DNA of 64,000 bases, taken from NCBI GenBank assembly GCA_047967505.1, contig CM106538.1. The stretch is one strand, 5' to 3'. This document shows, in pieces, positions 40,010 to 51,515 of the stretch. Source of the stretch: Dipteris shenzhenensis (lineage: Eukaryota). Made by a program: the position numbers and the translations under genes. The notes below the pieces were generated by a model. That model did no database searches. It saw only the letters and a program-made list of their open reading frames with translations, and was not told the origin of the DNA. Positions within the stretch are counted from its first letter, which is position 1, and each line of letters begins with the position of its first letter.

Positions 40010-43000
40010 TAAGAAAATTCGTGCACGTACTAACGAAATACGCGTGTGGACTTGTTGGGGATGAAACTTCGCACGACTCTTAGGCCACCCTAGACATACA
40101 TCCACACGAGATTTGGTCTGAACTGATTTGGTATGCGCCACGTGGAAGGTACAATGCGTACATTTTTACAATCCCTACTAGCACGACTGTGGCAAAGCTA
40201 TGGCGCATGTACTAACGAAATACGCATGTGGACTTATCTGTTGGGAATGAAACTTTGCAAGACTCTTAGGCCACCCTAGACATACATCCACGCAAGATCT
40301 GGTCTCCAACTTATTTGGTATGCGCCACGTGGAAGGTATAATGCGTACATTTTTATAATCCCTACTAGTACGACTACGTGTGAAAAATGGTGCACGTACT
40401 AACCAAATATGCATGTGGACTTATCTGTTGGAGATTAAACTTTGCACGGCTCTTAGGCTACCATAGACGTACATTCACGCAAGATTTGGTGCCCAACTGA
40501 TTCGGTATGCGCCACGTAGAAGGACAGCTGCGTACATTTTTACAATCCCTACTAGCATGACTACGTATGAAAAATGGCACACATACTAATGAAATATGCA
40601 CGTGGACTTATCTGTTGGGGATGAAACTTCACATGGATCTTAGGCTATCCTGGACGTACATCCACACAAGATTTGGTCTCCAACTGATCTGGTATGCGCC
40701 ACGTGGAAGGACAAATGCGTACATTTTTACAATCCCTACTAGCACGACTACGTGTGAAAAATGGCACACGTACTAACGAAATATGCATGTGGACTTATCT
40801 GTTGGAGATTAAACTTTGCACGGCTCTTAGGCTGTCGTAGAAGTACATCCACGCAAGATTTGGTCTCCAACTGATTTGGTATGCGCCACGTGGAAGGATA
40901 GTCACATATATTTTTACAATCCCTACTAGCACGACTATGTATGAAAAATGGCGCACGTACTAATGAAATACGCACGTGGACTTATCTGTTGGGGACGAAA
41001 CTTCACATGTCTCTTAGGCTACTTTAGACGTACATCCACGCAAGATTTGGTCTCCAACTGATTTGGTATGTGCCACGTGGAAGGACAAATGTGTACATTT
41101 TTACAATCCCTACTAGCACGACTACATGTGAAAAATGGCGCACGTACTAACGAAATATGCATGTGGACTTATCTGTTGGAGATTAAACATTGCACGGCTC
41201 TTAGGCTGCTGTAGACGTACATCCACGCAAGATTTGGTCTCGAACTGATTTGGTATGCACCACGTGGAAGGATAGTTGCGTACATTTTTACAATCCCTAC
41301 TAGCACGACTACGTATGAAAAATGGCGCACATACTAATGAAATATGCACGTGGACTTATCTGTTGGGGACGAAACTTCACACGCCTCTTAGGCTACCCTA
41401 GACGTACATCCATGCAAGATTTGGTCTCCAACTGATTTGGTATGCAGCACATGGAAGGACAAATGCGTACATTTTTACAATCCCTACTAGCACGACTACG
41501 TGTGAAAAATGGCGCACGTACTAACGAAATATGCATGTGGACTTATCTGTTGGAGATTAAACTTTGCACGGCTCTTAGGCTACCGTAGACATACATCCAC
41601 GCAAGATTTGGTCTCCAACTGATTTGGTATGCACCACGTGGAAGGGCAGCTGCGTAGATTTTTACAATCCCTACAAGCATGACTACGTATGAAAAATGGC
41701 ACACGTACTAATGAAATACGCACGTGGACTTATCTGTTGGGGACAAAACTTCACACACCTCTTAGGCTACCCTAGATGTACATCCACGCAAGATTTGGTC
41801 TCCAACTGATTTGGTATGCACCACGTGGAAGGACAAATGCGTATATTTTTATAATCCCTACTAGCACGACTACGTGTGAAAAATGGCGCACGTACTAACG
41901 AAATATGCATGTGGACTTAGCTATTGGAGATTAAACTTTGCACGGCTCTTAGGCTGCCGTAGATGTAAATCCATGCAAGATTTGGTCTCCAACTAATTTG
42001 GTATGCGCCACGTGGAAGGACAGCTGCGTACATTTTTACAATCCCTACTAGCATGACTACGTATGAAAAATGGCGCACATACTAATGAAATACGCACGTG
42101 GGCTTATCTGTTGGGGACGAAACTTCACACGCCTCTTAGGCTACCCTAGACCTACATCCACGCAAGATTTGGTCTCCAACTGATTTGGTATGCACCACGT
42201 GGAAGGACAAATGCATACATTTTTACAATCCCTATTAGCACGACTAAACCCTAAACCCTAAATCCTGAACCCTAAATCCTAAACCCTGTTCGGGATAAAA
42301 CTTCACACGCCTCTTAGGCTCCTAGACGTACATCCACGCAAGATTTGGTCTCCAACTGATTTGGTATGCGCCACGTGGAAGGACAAATGCATACATTTTT
42401 ACAATCCCTACTAGCACGACTACGTGTGAAAAATGGCGCACGTACTAACGAAATATGCATGTGGACTTATCTGTTGGAGATTAAACTTTGCACGGCTCTT
42501 AGGCTGCTGTAGACGTACATCCACGCAAGATTTGGTCTCCAACTGATTTGGTATGCGCCACGTGGAAGGACAGTTGCGTACATTTTTACAATCCCTACTA
42601 GCACGACTGCGTATGAAAAATGGCGCACGTACTAATGAAATACGGACGTGGACTTATTTGTTGGGGACAAAACTTCACACGCCTCTTAGGCTACCATAGA
42701 CGTACATCCACGCAAGATTTGGTCTCCAACTGATTTGGTATGTGCCATGTGGAAGGACAAATGCGTACATTTTTACAATCCCTACTAGCACGACTAAACC
42801 CTAAACCCTGAACCCTAAATCCTAAACCCTGTTGGGGACGAAACTTCACACGCCTCTTAGGCTACCCTAGATGTACATCCATGCAAGATTTGGTCTCCAA
42901 CTGATTTGGTTTGTGCCACGTAGAAGCAATCCCTACTAGCACGACTAAACCCTAAACCCTAAACCCTAAACCCTAAATCTTGAACCCTAAATCCTAAACC

Positions 43001-43475
43001 CTGTTGGGGACGAAACTTCACACGCCTCTTAGGCTACCCTAGACATACATCCACACAAGATTTGGTCTCCAACTGATTTGGTATGCGCCACGTGGAAGGT
43101 ATAATGCGTACATTTTTACAATCCCTACTAGCATGACTAAACCCTAAACCCTAAACCCTGAACCCTAAATCCTAAACCCTGTTGGGGACGAAACTTCACA
43201 CGCCTCTTAGGCTACCCTAGACGTACATCCACGCAAGATTTGGTCTCCAACTGATTTGGTATGCGCTACATGGAAGGTATAATGCGTACATTTTTATAAT
43301 CCCTACTAGCACGACTAAACCCTAAACCCTAAACCTTGAACCCTAAATCCTAAACCCTGTTGGGGATGAAACTTCACATGGCCCTTAGGCTACCCTAGAC
43401 GTACATCCACGCAAGATTTGGTCTCCAACTGATCTGGTTTGTGCCACGTGGAAGGTATAATGCATACATTTTTGC
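40010..43475. repeat. Satellite array: ~19 monomers of 187 bp, alternating A/B variants, five monomers carrying (CCCTAAA)n tracts
   Basis: CTAGCACGACT-type anchor at 40178, 40365, 40552, 40739 and onward (187-bp period); telomeric tracts at ~42245, ~42795, ~42945, ~43138 and ~43316. Confidence 0.95.
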
Positions 43476-43480
43476 AAGCA

Positions 43481-43830
43481 CCTTTTCAATGCTTAATGTT
43501 TACAATTACGACACACGGCATTATTTTTAAAATACATTATGTATTAGATGTGTGAATTGAGATATCTGAAATTCAAAATCATACTCTTAATTTTAAATAC
43601 GCACATGGGGATGAAACTTCGCACGGCTCTTAGGTTTAGTGTAATAATTGCAAGCATTGATATATACGAAATTCAATATGATATTCAAAATGATAAAGTT
43701 GGAACTTGAACACTTTTTCAATGCTTAATGTTTACAATTACTTCACATGGCATTCTTTTTTAAATACCTTATGTATTAGATGTGTGAATTGAGATATTCG
43801 AAATTCAAAATCATACTCCTAATTTTAAAT
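43481..43830. repeat. Direct duplication of about 120 bp
   Basis: TTTTCAATGCTTAATGTTTACAATTAC...AATTTTAAAT at ~43482 and ~43714. Confidence 0.8.
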
Positions 43831-44021
43831 GTTTATGTTACATTTAAACAAACTATAAACTGAGATAAACAAAGTGTGAAGAACATCATGAAAGTACGAA
43901 AATGCTCATACATCATAAAAGTGGGAACAATATCATGAAAGTACCAAAATGAATCTGTACATCATCATCATCATGCTGCAGAAGTGCATCCCTATACAAG
44001 AAACGTGTGAAGCCTAAACAA

Positions 44022-45957
44022 TCAATCTGAATCCGAATCTGATAGCTCTACATATGATCCTCTAGTGGAACGCTGACGTGGCTCCTGTATGACCCATTGC
44101 CCAACCGTCCGCTGTGTGCCCTCAGGCAAAGCCGGCTCAGATGGGCCAGCCTCATCACCTACATGGAATGGGCCAGCCTCATCCTGATGAAGAGGAGGGC
44201 ATGCTGCACGCACCACCGCTGGCATCTCTGCCTCCCTCGCCTCCTTTATGTATGCGCGTCTTAGCTCCCATAGCCGTGCATCTGCGAATACTCGTGCCTC
44301 AAATCTAGCGTGAGTAATCGTCTCTACATGTAGAAGACGCTAGTCTCAACCCCGCCCTAGCTGCTGCTCCACCCACTGCTGCAATGATGTTTGCAGCTCT
44401 GCCTCTCGCTCAATCCGGCGTGCCTCCTCTGCTCGTGCCTCGTCACCTGGCATGAAATCACCATACGAAAAGCGTCATGGAACGCATGCTACAACCACAA
44501 TGTATCAGCACCCTCCTGCATCAGCAACGCTCTCTGTGCCTCCTCCCTGTAGTGCTCTGTCAAGACTACGCGGGCGAATGGATCAATGGCTTGACGATGA
44601 CCAGGATATAGATCATCCATGCCTAGTCCTCTGTATGTGGCCACATCAATGTCAGCAAAGCATACAGGGCACACTGATCGTGCCACCATGTGGCGGGTCA
44701 TGCAATGGAGATGTGCGATGTAGCCGCACCCTAGTCCAACGCACCCTAGTCCAAACCACCCTACGGTGTCAAACTCCTCGTGGCAAAGGACGCAAGTGGC
44801 AGTAGGAAGCCTGGCTATGACTGCTGCATCTATGGGTGTCCTAGTCAGCACATCTACAGGAGGAGCGGGGTATAGGGCCACGCTAGGGTCGATCCTATGG
44901 CAAGATGGATCACGACTAATATGCCTCATCTGCAAAATATAGTGCTCTACACGATGGTATGCTATGCATGTTCGAATCCTCTGCTCCTCCAAATCTGTCT
45001 GCAACAGTCGTATGCGAGACTCCATCTCCTGACGCAATAGATGTGCCTGCAATACAAACATGTCACGTACATGGTGAGAATTAACCAAAAAACTTCAGTT
45101 CAAAACACGCTACAAAAAAATAAACTAACATAATCAAAATAACTAACCTCGTCCCTAGACTCGGCCAACAATGCCTCCAACTCTGCAATCCGTGTGTCTC
45201 GAGCCTCCAACTCGTGCTGAGGCAGTGTATATTGGGAGGTGGTGTAGATGTGGGAGGCTCCATCGATGATCGAGGTGGGGGAGGTGGAATCGCAATAGAT
45301 CTCGATAGGGCAGAGACCATGTGCTGCAAGGATGATGCCACTGAATGAACATCCCCCCTAATCTGTCCTCCCACCACTCGCAATGCCGGTGCAGGGATGG
45401 TGTGCAACTCTCGTGCCTTGCGTCGATGCCAACACCTGCAATCTGACGCTCCTGACGCCCCATCCTACCATGTCCTGCTCCTGGACGGGTACTAAGGTAG
45501 TCCACCCGATGACTAAGCACAAACTTAGTGTATAGCTGCATGGCAAACGACTTGGCTATCTGACGGTTGTGAGGCAATGGACCACCATTCGCAGCGAGAT
45601 ATCTCGGATAAATGTGTGATGCTATGATGGGGTGCCTACAACGTAAAATATGCAAGGGGAGCCCTGATCGTGGTCGCATCGCCTCGGTGTGACCATCCCA
45701 AAACATATCCTCTAAGGCCTGCCTGTGATGATGCGACTCATGCTCAAACAACTGTCGAATGGCTCTCCAATCCAAGCCACCACCTCAACCTGTGCATGAA
45801 AGCTATCCACAACGTCCTCAACTGTCTCCAATCGACCCAGAGCCTCAATAACTGAATCTAGACTCGCAACCAAGTGAGGGGGTGCCCTAGCATCCTGCAG
45901 TGCCCTCATCTTAGCTCTCAGCATCTCTATCTGCATACGAATAGTGGTGCTAGAACC
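44022..45957 (-). pseudogene. Transposon-borne multi-exon gene for a coiled-coil + RING-finger protein, disrupted; probable first exon near 48488-48620
   Basis: CVLC...CGYIAHLHC...CPVC RING-like motif (44489-45046); GT..AG intron 45147-45047 joins ALLAESRDE|AHLLRQEMESR in phase 0; acidic end SYVELSDSDSD* at 44022; stops and frameshifts. Confidence 0.7.
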
Positions 45958-46899
45958 TGTGCGCTGGCTGGTGCATGCACAAAAAAAACACATGGAAATT
46001 AATATTCTATTTGGGTAATGAAAATAATATTCTATTCAATATGACTTATAATCTATTTACATAATGAAAACTATTTGTATGTACTCCTTGATGAGGTAGG
46101 ATGTCGTTGGGATCATCGTATGCACCTACTGGTAGATGGGCCAAATGTGTGGCTCAATATTAATCAATATTATTAAAAATTCTTAATTTTGATTAGAATT
46201 TTTTCAAACTCTAGTTGTTGCATTTTAAAACTTAGATGTCTCAAATATTTTTTCCTTATATGTTTCCCTTTTTTCACTTTTTATCCAATATGAAACTTTT
46301 CCACATGTGGTGTAAGGACCACATTGTCCACTTATGGCCCCTATACTAAGGACAGATAGTGGAGAGGTTTGGTTAATAAGACCTTCTTTGAATGCTTTAC
46401 TGCCTTGGGTTTGCAATAGATATGGAGGAGATAGAAGGATACCTAATACATTACTTTGAACGATACACAAGCAAGGTGCATCTAGTATTTCTCGGACTAC
46501 ACATTAAAAAAGAGAGCGGGTTCACACTACAGACCTTTTAAAGCGAGAACTTTGAGAAAATAATTAAGCCTTTTCAATATTATCTATTTTGGTTGGGCAA
46601 TCCACCTCAACTAGTGGCCATTCCTATAGATCATCACTTGGTTCCCATGCTTGGGGAGAGAGGAGACCTTTGGACAATCATAAATTACATATGTGTTTTC
46701 GATGCGTTGGTGCATTTACAAGATCCAATTAGCCATATGCTTATGCATCTAATTACTCTAGTGTTGGGGTCTTTGCCCATGTGGTGTGGTGTTTTAGGGA
46801 TAATGCCCATGTGGTGTTTTATACAGCCTACTTACTCTACCTAAATTATGAAACAACTCTTAACCAACTATATAATCTATAATATTCCACATAAACGAT

Positions 46900-48480
46900 G
46901 ATTTTTTAAAAGATGGTTTTGAAGACTAAAATTTAAACGTTTTTTTATTTAAATAAAAATAGCACCAATTTTAAAAATAGCATAGAACCTACTTTAATCT
47001 CTCTTTTTCTTGTTTTCTTATTTTTAATACATGATTTTCTTATTTTAACAAAATTCTTATTTTCTTGTTCTTGATACATGATTTCTAAAAACAAAATTTA
47101 AACGTTATATTAAATTCAAAACTTCAGTAATTTGTAAACTTCACTTATAAATTTTTTTTAATAGATTATTTTAAAAAACAAATTATATACTTTTTGACAT
47201 TTAAATACAAACTTCACTAACTTAAACTCTTATTTTCTTTTTTTTAAAAGATCATTTTTAAAAATAAAATTTAAACGTTTTTTTATTTAAATATAAATAA
47301 CACTAATAAAAAAAATATCTTTAATCTCTTTTTTTTAAAAGATAATTTCAAAAAACAAAATATATACATTTTCAGGCTTTAAATAAAAAATTACGTAATT
47401 CCAAAAATAATTTAAAAAACTTTAAAATGCATTTCAAATTTAGAAATATTTTATAATTATTCCTATAAACTAAAATTTAAACGTTTCTTCATTTAAATAA
47501 AAATAGCACTAATTTAAAAAATAACTTTAATCTCTTTTCTTTAAAAGATGATTTTAAAAACAAAATATTTACATTTTCACATTTTAAATAAATAATTACG
47601 TAATTCCAAAAATGATTTAAAAAACTTTAAAATGCATTTCAATTTTAAAAATATTTTATAATTATTCCTACAAACTAAGATTTAAACGTTTTTTATTTCA
47701 ATAAAAATAGCTCTAATTTAAAAAAATAACTTTAATCTCTTTTTTTCCAAAGATGATTTTTAAAAACCTAATTTTTACATTTTCACATTTTAAATAAAAA
47801 TTTAAAATGCATTTGAAATTTGAAATATTTTATAATTATTCCTATGAACTAAAATTTAAACGTTTTTTTAAAAAATAACTTTAATCTCTTTTTTTTCAAA
47901 GATGATTTTAAAAAACAGAATTTTTACATTTTCACATTTTGAATTAAAAATGTCGTAATTCAAAAATTTAAAAAAAACTTTTAAATGCATTTCAAATTTA
48001 AAAATATTTTAGAATCATTCCTGTGAACTAAAATTTAAAAGTTTTTTTATTTAATTAAAAATAGCTCTAATTAAAAAAATAACTTTAATCTTTTTTTTTT
48101 TCAAAGATGATTTTAAAAAACAGAATTTTTATATTTTCACATTTTGAATAAAAAATGCCTCATTAAACGTTTTTTAAATTTAAAATTTTCACATTTTAAA
48201 TTATAAATGTCGTAATTCAAAAATTTAAAAAAAATTTACAAATGCATTTCAAATTTATAAATATTTTATAATTATTCCTATGAACGTTTTTTTATTTAAT
48301 AAAAATAGCTCTATTTTAAAGTTATTTTTTTCATTTTCACATTTTAAATAAAAAATGTCGTAATTCATAAATTTCAAAAAAACATTAAAATGCATTTGAA
48401 ATTTAGAAAATTTTTATAATTTTTCTTATAAACTAAAATTTAATTAAATTTTACCAAAAAGAAAATGCTACATTAAAAAA
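46900..48480. repeat. Very AT-rich degenerate tandem repeat, ~205-bp unit
   Basis: TAAAATTTAAACG-type anchor at ~47265, ~47471, ~47676, ~47850 and ~48028, with truncated units. Confidence 0.8.
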
Positions 48481-48631
48481 ACCCTACCTAGACTCTCCCG
48501 CTCCGTCCATCTCCGTCGATGTCCGTCGGTCGCTCTCCGTCGCTCGTGCAATTCCGTCGACGTCCTGCAAATCCGAAATCGGTGGATGAGGAGGAGCTCG
48601 ATTGAGGTATGCGGAATGAGGGGGGTCGCTC

Positions 48632-48657
48632 TCCTTTTATAAGAAAAATTAGGGTTT
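48632..48657 (-). promoter_or_regulatory. Putative promoter of the RING gene: telo-box AAACCCTA directly upstream of TATAAAA
   Basis: Minus strand reads GAGAAACCCTAATTTTTCTTATAAAAGG, then a GC-rich leader, ATG at 48510 and donor AG|GTAGGG at 48487. Confidence 0.5.
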
Positions 48658-48659
48658 CT

Positions 48660-49114
48660 CTACCTCGATCGAGGTATTCCGCATGCATGCCACAATACCT
48701 CGATCGAGGTATTGTGACATGCCCATACATCTCGGTACATCTACCTCGATCGAGGTATTTACATGCCATGATACCTCGATCGAGGTATGTCGGCAGCAGC
48801 CGGATGCCAAGTCATCGGTCCAGCATACCTCGATCGAGGTATGTCATCTGCCCTGTCGGCTGCCCTGTTGAATGGCACATACCTCGATCGAGGTATGCTG
48901 GACATGCCACCTTACCTCGATCGAGGTTGAGCTGGATTGCCAGGATACCTCGAACGAGGTAGATGTGGCATGTATAGGTGGCTTGCCAGCAAACCTCGAT
49001 CGAGGTAGAGGCTCGGTCCGGTGAAAAAAGCCCAGTACCTCGATCGAGGTATTGGCTTGGCTCGGTTGTCCTCGTGTGTGATTTTCATTGGAGCTAATAC
49101 CTCAATCGAGGTAT
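48660..49114. repeat. Right array of 18-bp palindrome ATACCTCGATCGAGGTAT
   Basis: About 11 copies with 30-62-bp spacing, ending ~70 bp inside the right TIR. Confidence 0.92.
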
Positions 49115-49446
49115 TGGAGACCGAAGCAAAACCTTTGTATTTTCACTCGAGCGGGTGTCACACTCACCCGAAAGTGGTCCAGAAGTGGACACCCTTAGCT
49201 TGCTACCACCCTAAAAATGTGTTTGAATTAGTGCAAGCTGACACACGAGTGAGTTCTCAGTCACCACCTTCAAAACTCCTCTGTTTGATCTTTTGAGTAG
49301 TTGTTTTTTGTGTTTTTTTGGTTTGAGTAGGATCAAATGGTGTTCTATGTTCTTCCACAAGTAATGCATATGTGGAAGTGTGTATGAAAGTGGTCAATTC
49401 TAAACATTAAATTGTGTTCTTTGTTTCGCTAAAAGCAATGGTCATT

Positions 49447-49447
49447 T

Positions 49448-49495
<48 letters not shown>

Positions 49496-49682
49496 AGAGA
49501 GAGAGAGAGAGAGAGAATAGGAAAGGGATGGGGGGATTGGAGAGAGGGAGAGGGAGAGGGAGAGATGGAGAGACAAGGGATAAGACACAGATGGGGGAGG
49601 GGACAAATAGGAAGGGGGTAAGAGAGAGAGAGAGAGAGAGAGAGAGATATGGGGGGAGGGAGGGAGGGAGGGAGGGAGGGAA
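49447..49682. repeat. (GA)n / (GGGA)n microsatellite cluster
   Basis: Direct reading; another (GA)n tract at ~49962-49998. Confidence 0.95.
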
Positions 49683-49958
49683 GCACTCACCATTTTTGTG
49701 CATGCTTGCCAAAAGATGCTAGCCAAAAAACATCCCCCCTTCCTTAGAGTTTTTAAATATTGGAACTGTGAGGCACATGCAATTTATGAATTCAAGGGTT
49801 TTGTCTTTCATACTCATATGTTAGTATATATACATTCTAGCATGTAGCTATCACTTTCTACGAAGCCCCAATGGCTAGGGAATATTATTCCCATTCATTT
49901 GGTTGGGGCTATGGAATCCCTTGTCATGAGATTTTAGATGTACATTTTTTGGACTAGG

Positions 49959-50000
<42 letters not shown>

Positions 50001-50755
50001 GGGTAAAAGCAAATTAAAAAATAGTTAAGCAAAGAATTTAAAAATAAACATGTTAAAAGTCATACTAATCAACTTTAAATGCTTGCTTGGTAACAACAAA
50101 ACCACTAAGGGCCTTTTCCACTATTAATTAAAAAGTATTGTTAAGGATTTTAACAAAAGGGTGCATTTCAATTCAAATTTAAGGGGATCGAGTTATGTTA
50201 AATCTCTTGACTGCATGTTAAAGATGCTTCAAAAGTTAACCCTTAGAAAAGGTAGTTGAAATATAGAAAATAAGTGTTTCACTTAAGTGTGGTGGGTAGC
50301 AGGAATGCTACTTTATTGAAGAGCTTCGTTAGGTATTTTTAATGGTCGTGTGTAAATCGAAACTATATAATATGGGTACTTGATTGAAAGCCCTTGAAAA
50401 GAAGAAGCCGTGAGTGTAAGCTTTGAGAATGACTATCATAGTGTAAAGATATGCCATTTTGTGTGGAAAAGATCCAAATTTCCTTGTTATGACAACTTTA
50501 TGAATAATACAACAGGAATTGATGGAAATGGAAGTGTGTTGTTAACTTTAATGTAACTTGAATATAACTTGGAGTAATATAGGCACTATGGCAAAACTAC
50601 ATAATCGTGGTCCCAAAACCCAAAAGGTAGGTATAAAGCCAAAACTCTCGACGAGGCGGGACAAGCTAAGCTTTAGAAAGGCTTCTACACACAACCAGGT
50701 CTTACTTATGGAAGGACCACCTCTAGCATATCTTGTACATACTGAAGCGTCCACT

Positions 50756-51381
50756 TCATGCGCTGTACTCGTTGTGTTTCAGCAAGTAAGCCTCGACTGC
50801 CTTTATGGACTTGATGAAGCCTTCCGTAATACGATCAGGAATCTTCTGCTGGTCAGTAACGGTTTCGTATATAATAGTCCAATGCACCACACAAGTATTT
50901 GCATGGGCTCCTTCGATTTCAATCTTGGATTTCATAGTCTTGAAAGTGGTACCCAACAAGCCCCCTTCCACCACAACAGTCGTGTACTTCAATGACTCCT
51001 GATCCACTTCTTCTACCTTCTCTTTCACGTAGAGCACGCCCTCCGCTTCACTATGAGCTGTGGCCAACCATCGAATGACAATGGTGCAGGATTAGTATAT
51101 TGAAAGGAGCGTCCGATGTAAAACGACAACAGTATGCAAAGGCTAGCAATACGAAAGAAAACAGAATGCCTTCAGAAGGCATGCACAGATGACCCACCCT
51201 TATTGAACTTCATGGTTCTCACACAGCCGACCTCTGTTGCCTGGCCTTCTGTGTATTCTACAGCAGCAATTTTGTAAGACAAGGCCTTGGGGAGGCAGTT
51301 ATGGGCATCCTTAACAAGGCCGCACCACATCCTCTTGGCGGAAACCTGCACTTCGATCTCTTGGCTGAAGACCTTTGCCAT
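50756..51381 (-). CDS. Bet v 1 / PR-10 / major latex protein-like gene, 2 exons (51381-51198, 51057-50756), 161 aa
   Basis: Spliced ORF MAKVFSQEIEVQVSAKRMW...EGQATEVGCVRTMKFNK|AHSEAEGVLYVKEKVEEVD...KYTTVVVEGGLLG...KAVEAYLLKHNEYSA*; 140-bp GT..AG phase-1 intron in codon 62, the usual position for this family. Confidence 0.93.
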
Positions 51382-51508
51382 TGCTGCGGGAGGAGCTATG
51401 AGATGAGAAACAAGTTAGAAGGAAAAAGAAAAATGGAGAGGTAGATATCTTTGTGGAGAAAGGTTTTGCAGGGCAAATGGATATCCTTCCTCGGGCACAG
51501 GGCGCTGT

Positions 51509-51515
51509 ATTTATA
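51509..51515 (-). promoter_or_regulatory. TATA box of the Bet v 1-like gene
   Basis: TATAAAT on the minus strand ~130 bp upstream of the ATG, followed by a pyrimidine-rich leader. Confidence 0.65.

Larger units (their letters stand above)
34889..49211 (+). mobile_element. 14,323-bp cut-and-paste DNA transposon, Sola2-like
   Basis: TIRs GGGAAGTAGCAAGCTAAGGGTGTCCACTT (34889-34917) and AAGTGGACACCCTTAGCTTGCTACCACCC (49183-49211), 27/29 identical; TAAA on both flanks (34885-34888, 49212-49215); internal DDD transposase. Confidence 0.85.

Noticed and set aside
40178-41349. Repeated ~75-aa ORFs
   Set aside because: By-products of the 187/374-bp satellite; interrupted by stops in other monomers
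42240-43360. True chromosome end or telomere
   Set aside because: Tracts are only ~35-57 bp, degenerate, embedded in satellite monomers and flanked by continuing sequence
48660-49114. CRISPR-like look of palindromic repeats with different spacers (also 36411-36602)
   Set aside because: Eukaryotic TE context, 18-bp repeats, irregular spacing on the right, partly related spacers on the left, and no cas genes
34889-49211. CACTA/EnSpm, Mutator or hAT assignment for the large element
   Set aside because: No CACTA ends or 3-bp TSD, no 8-11-bp TSD, and the transposase motifs do not match those families as I know them
48488-49296. ORFs rich in PRSRY / YLDRG
   Set aside because: Translations of the palindrome array on both strands
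50558-51002. Plus-strand ORFs over the Bet v 1-like gene
   Set aside because: Antisense shadows with no recognisable motifs
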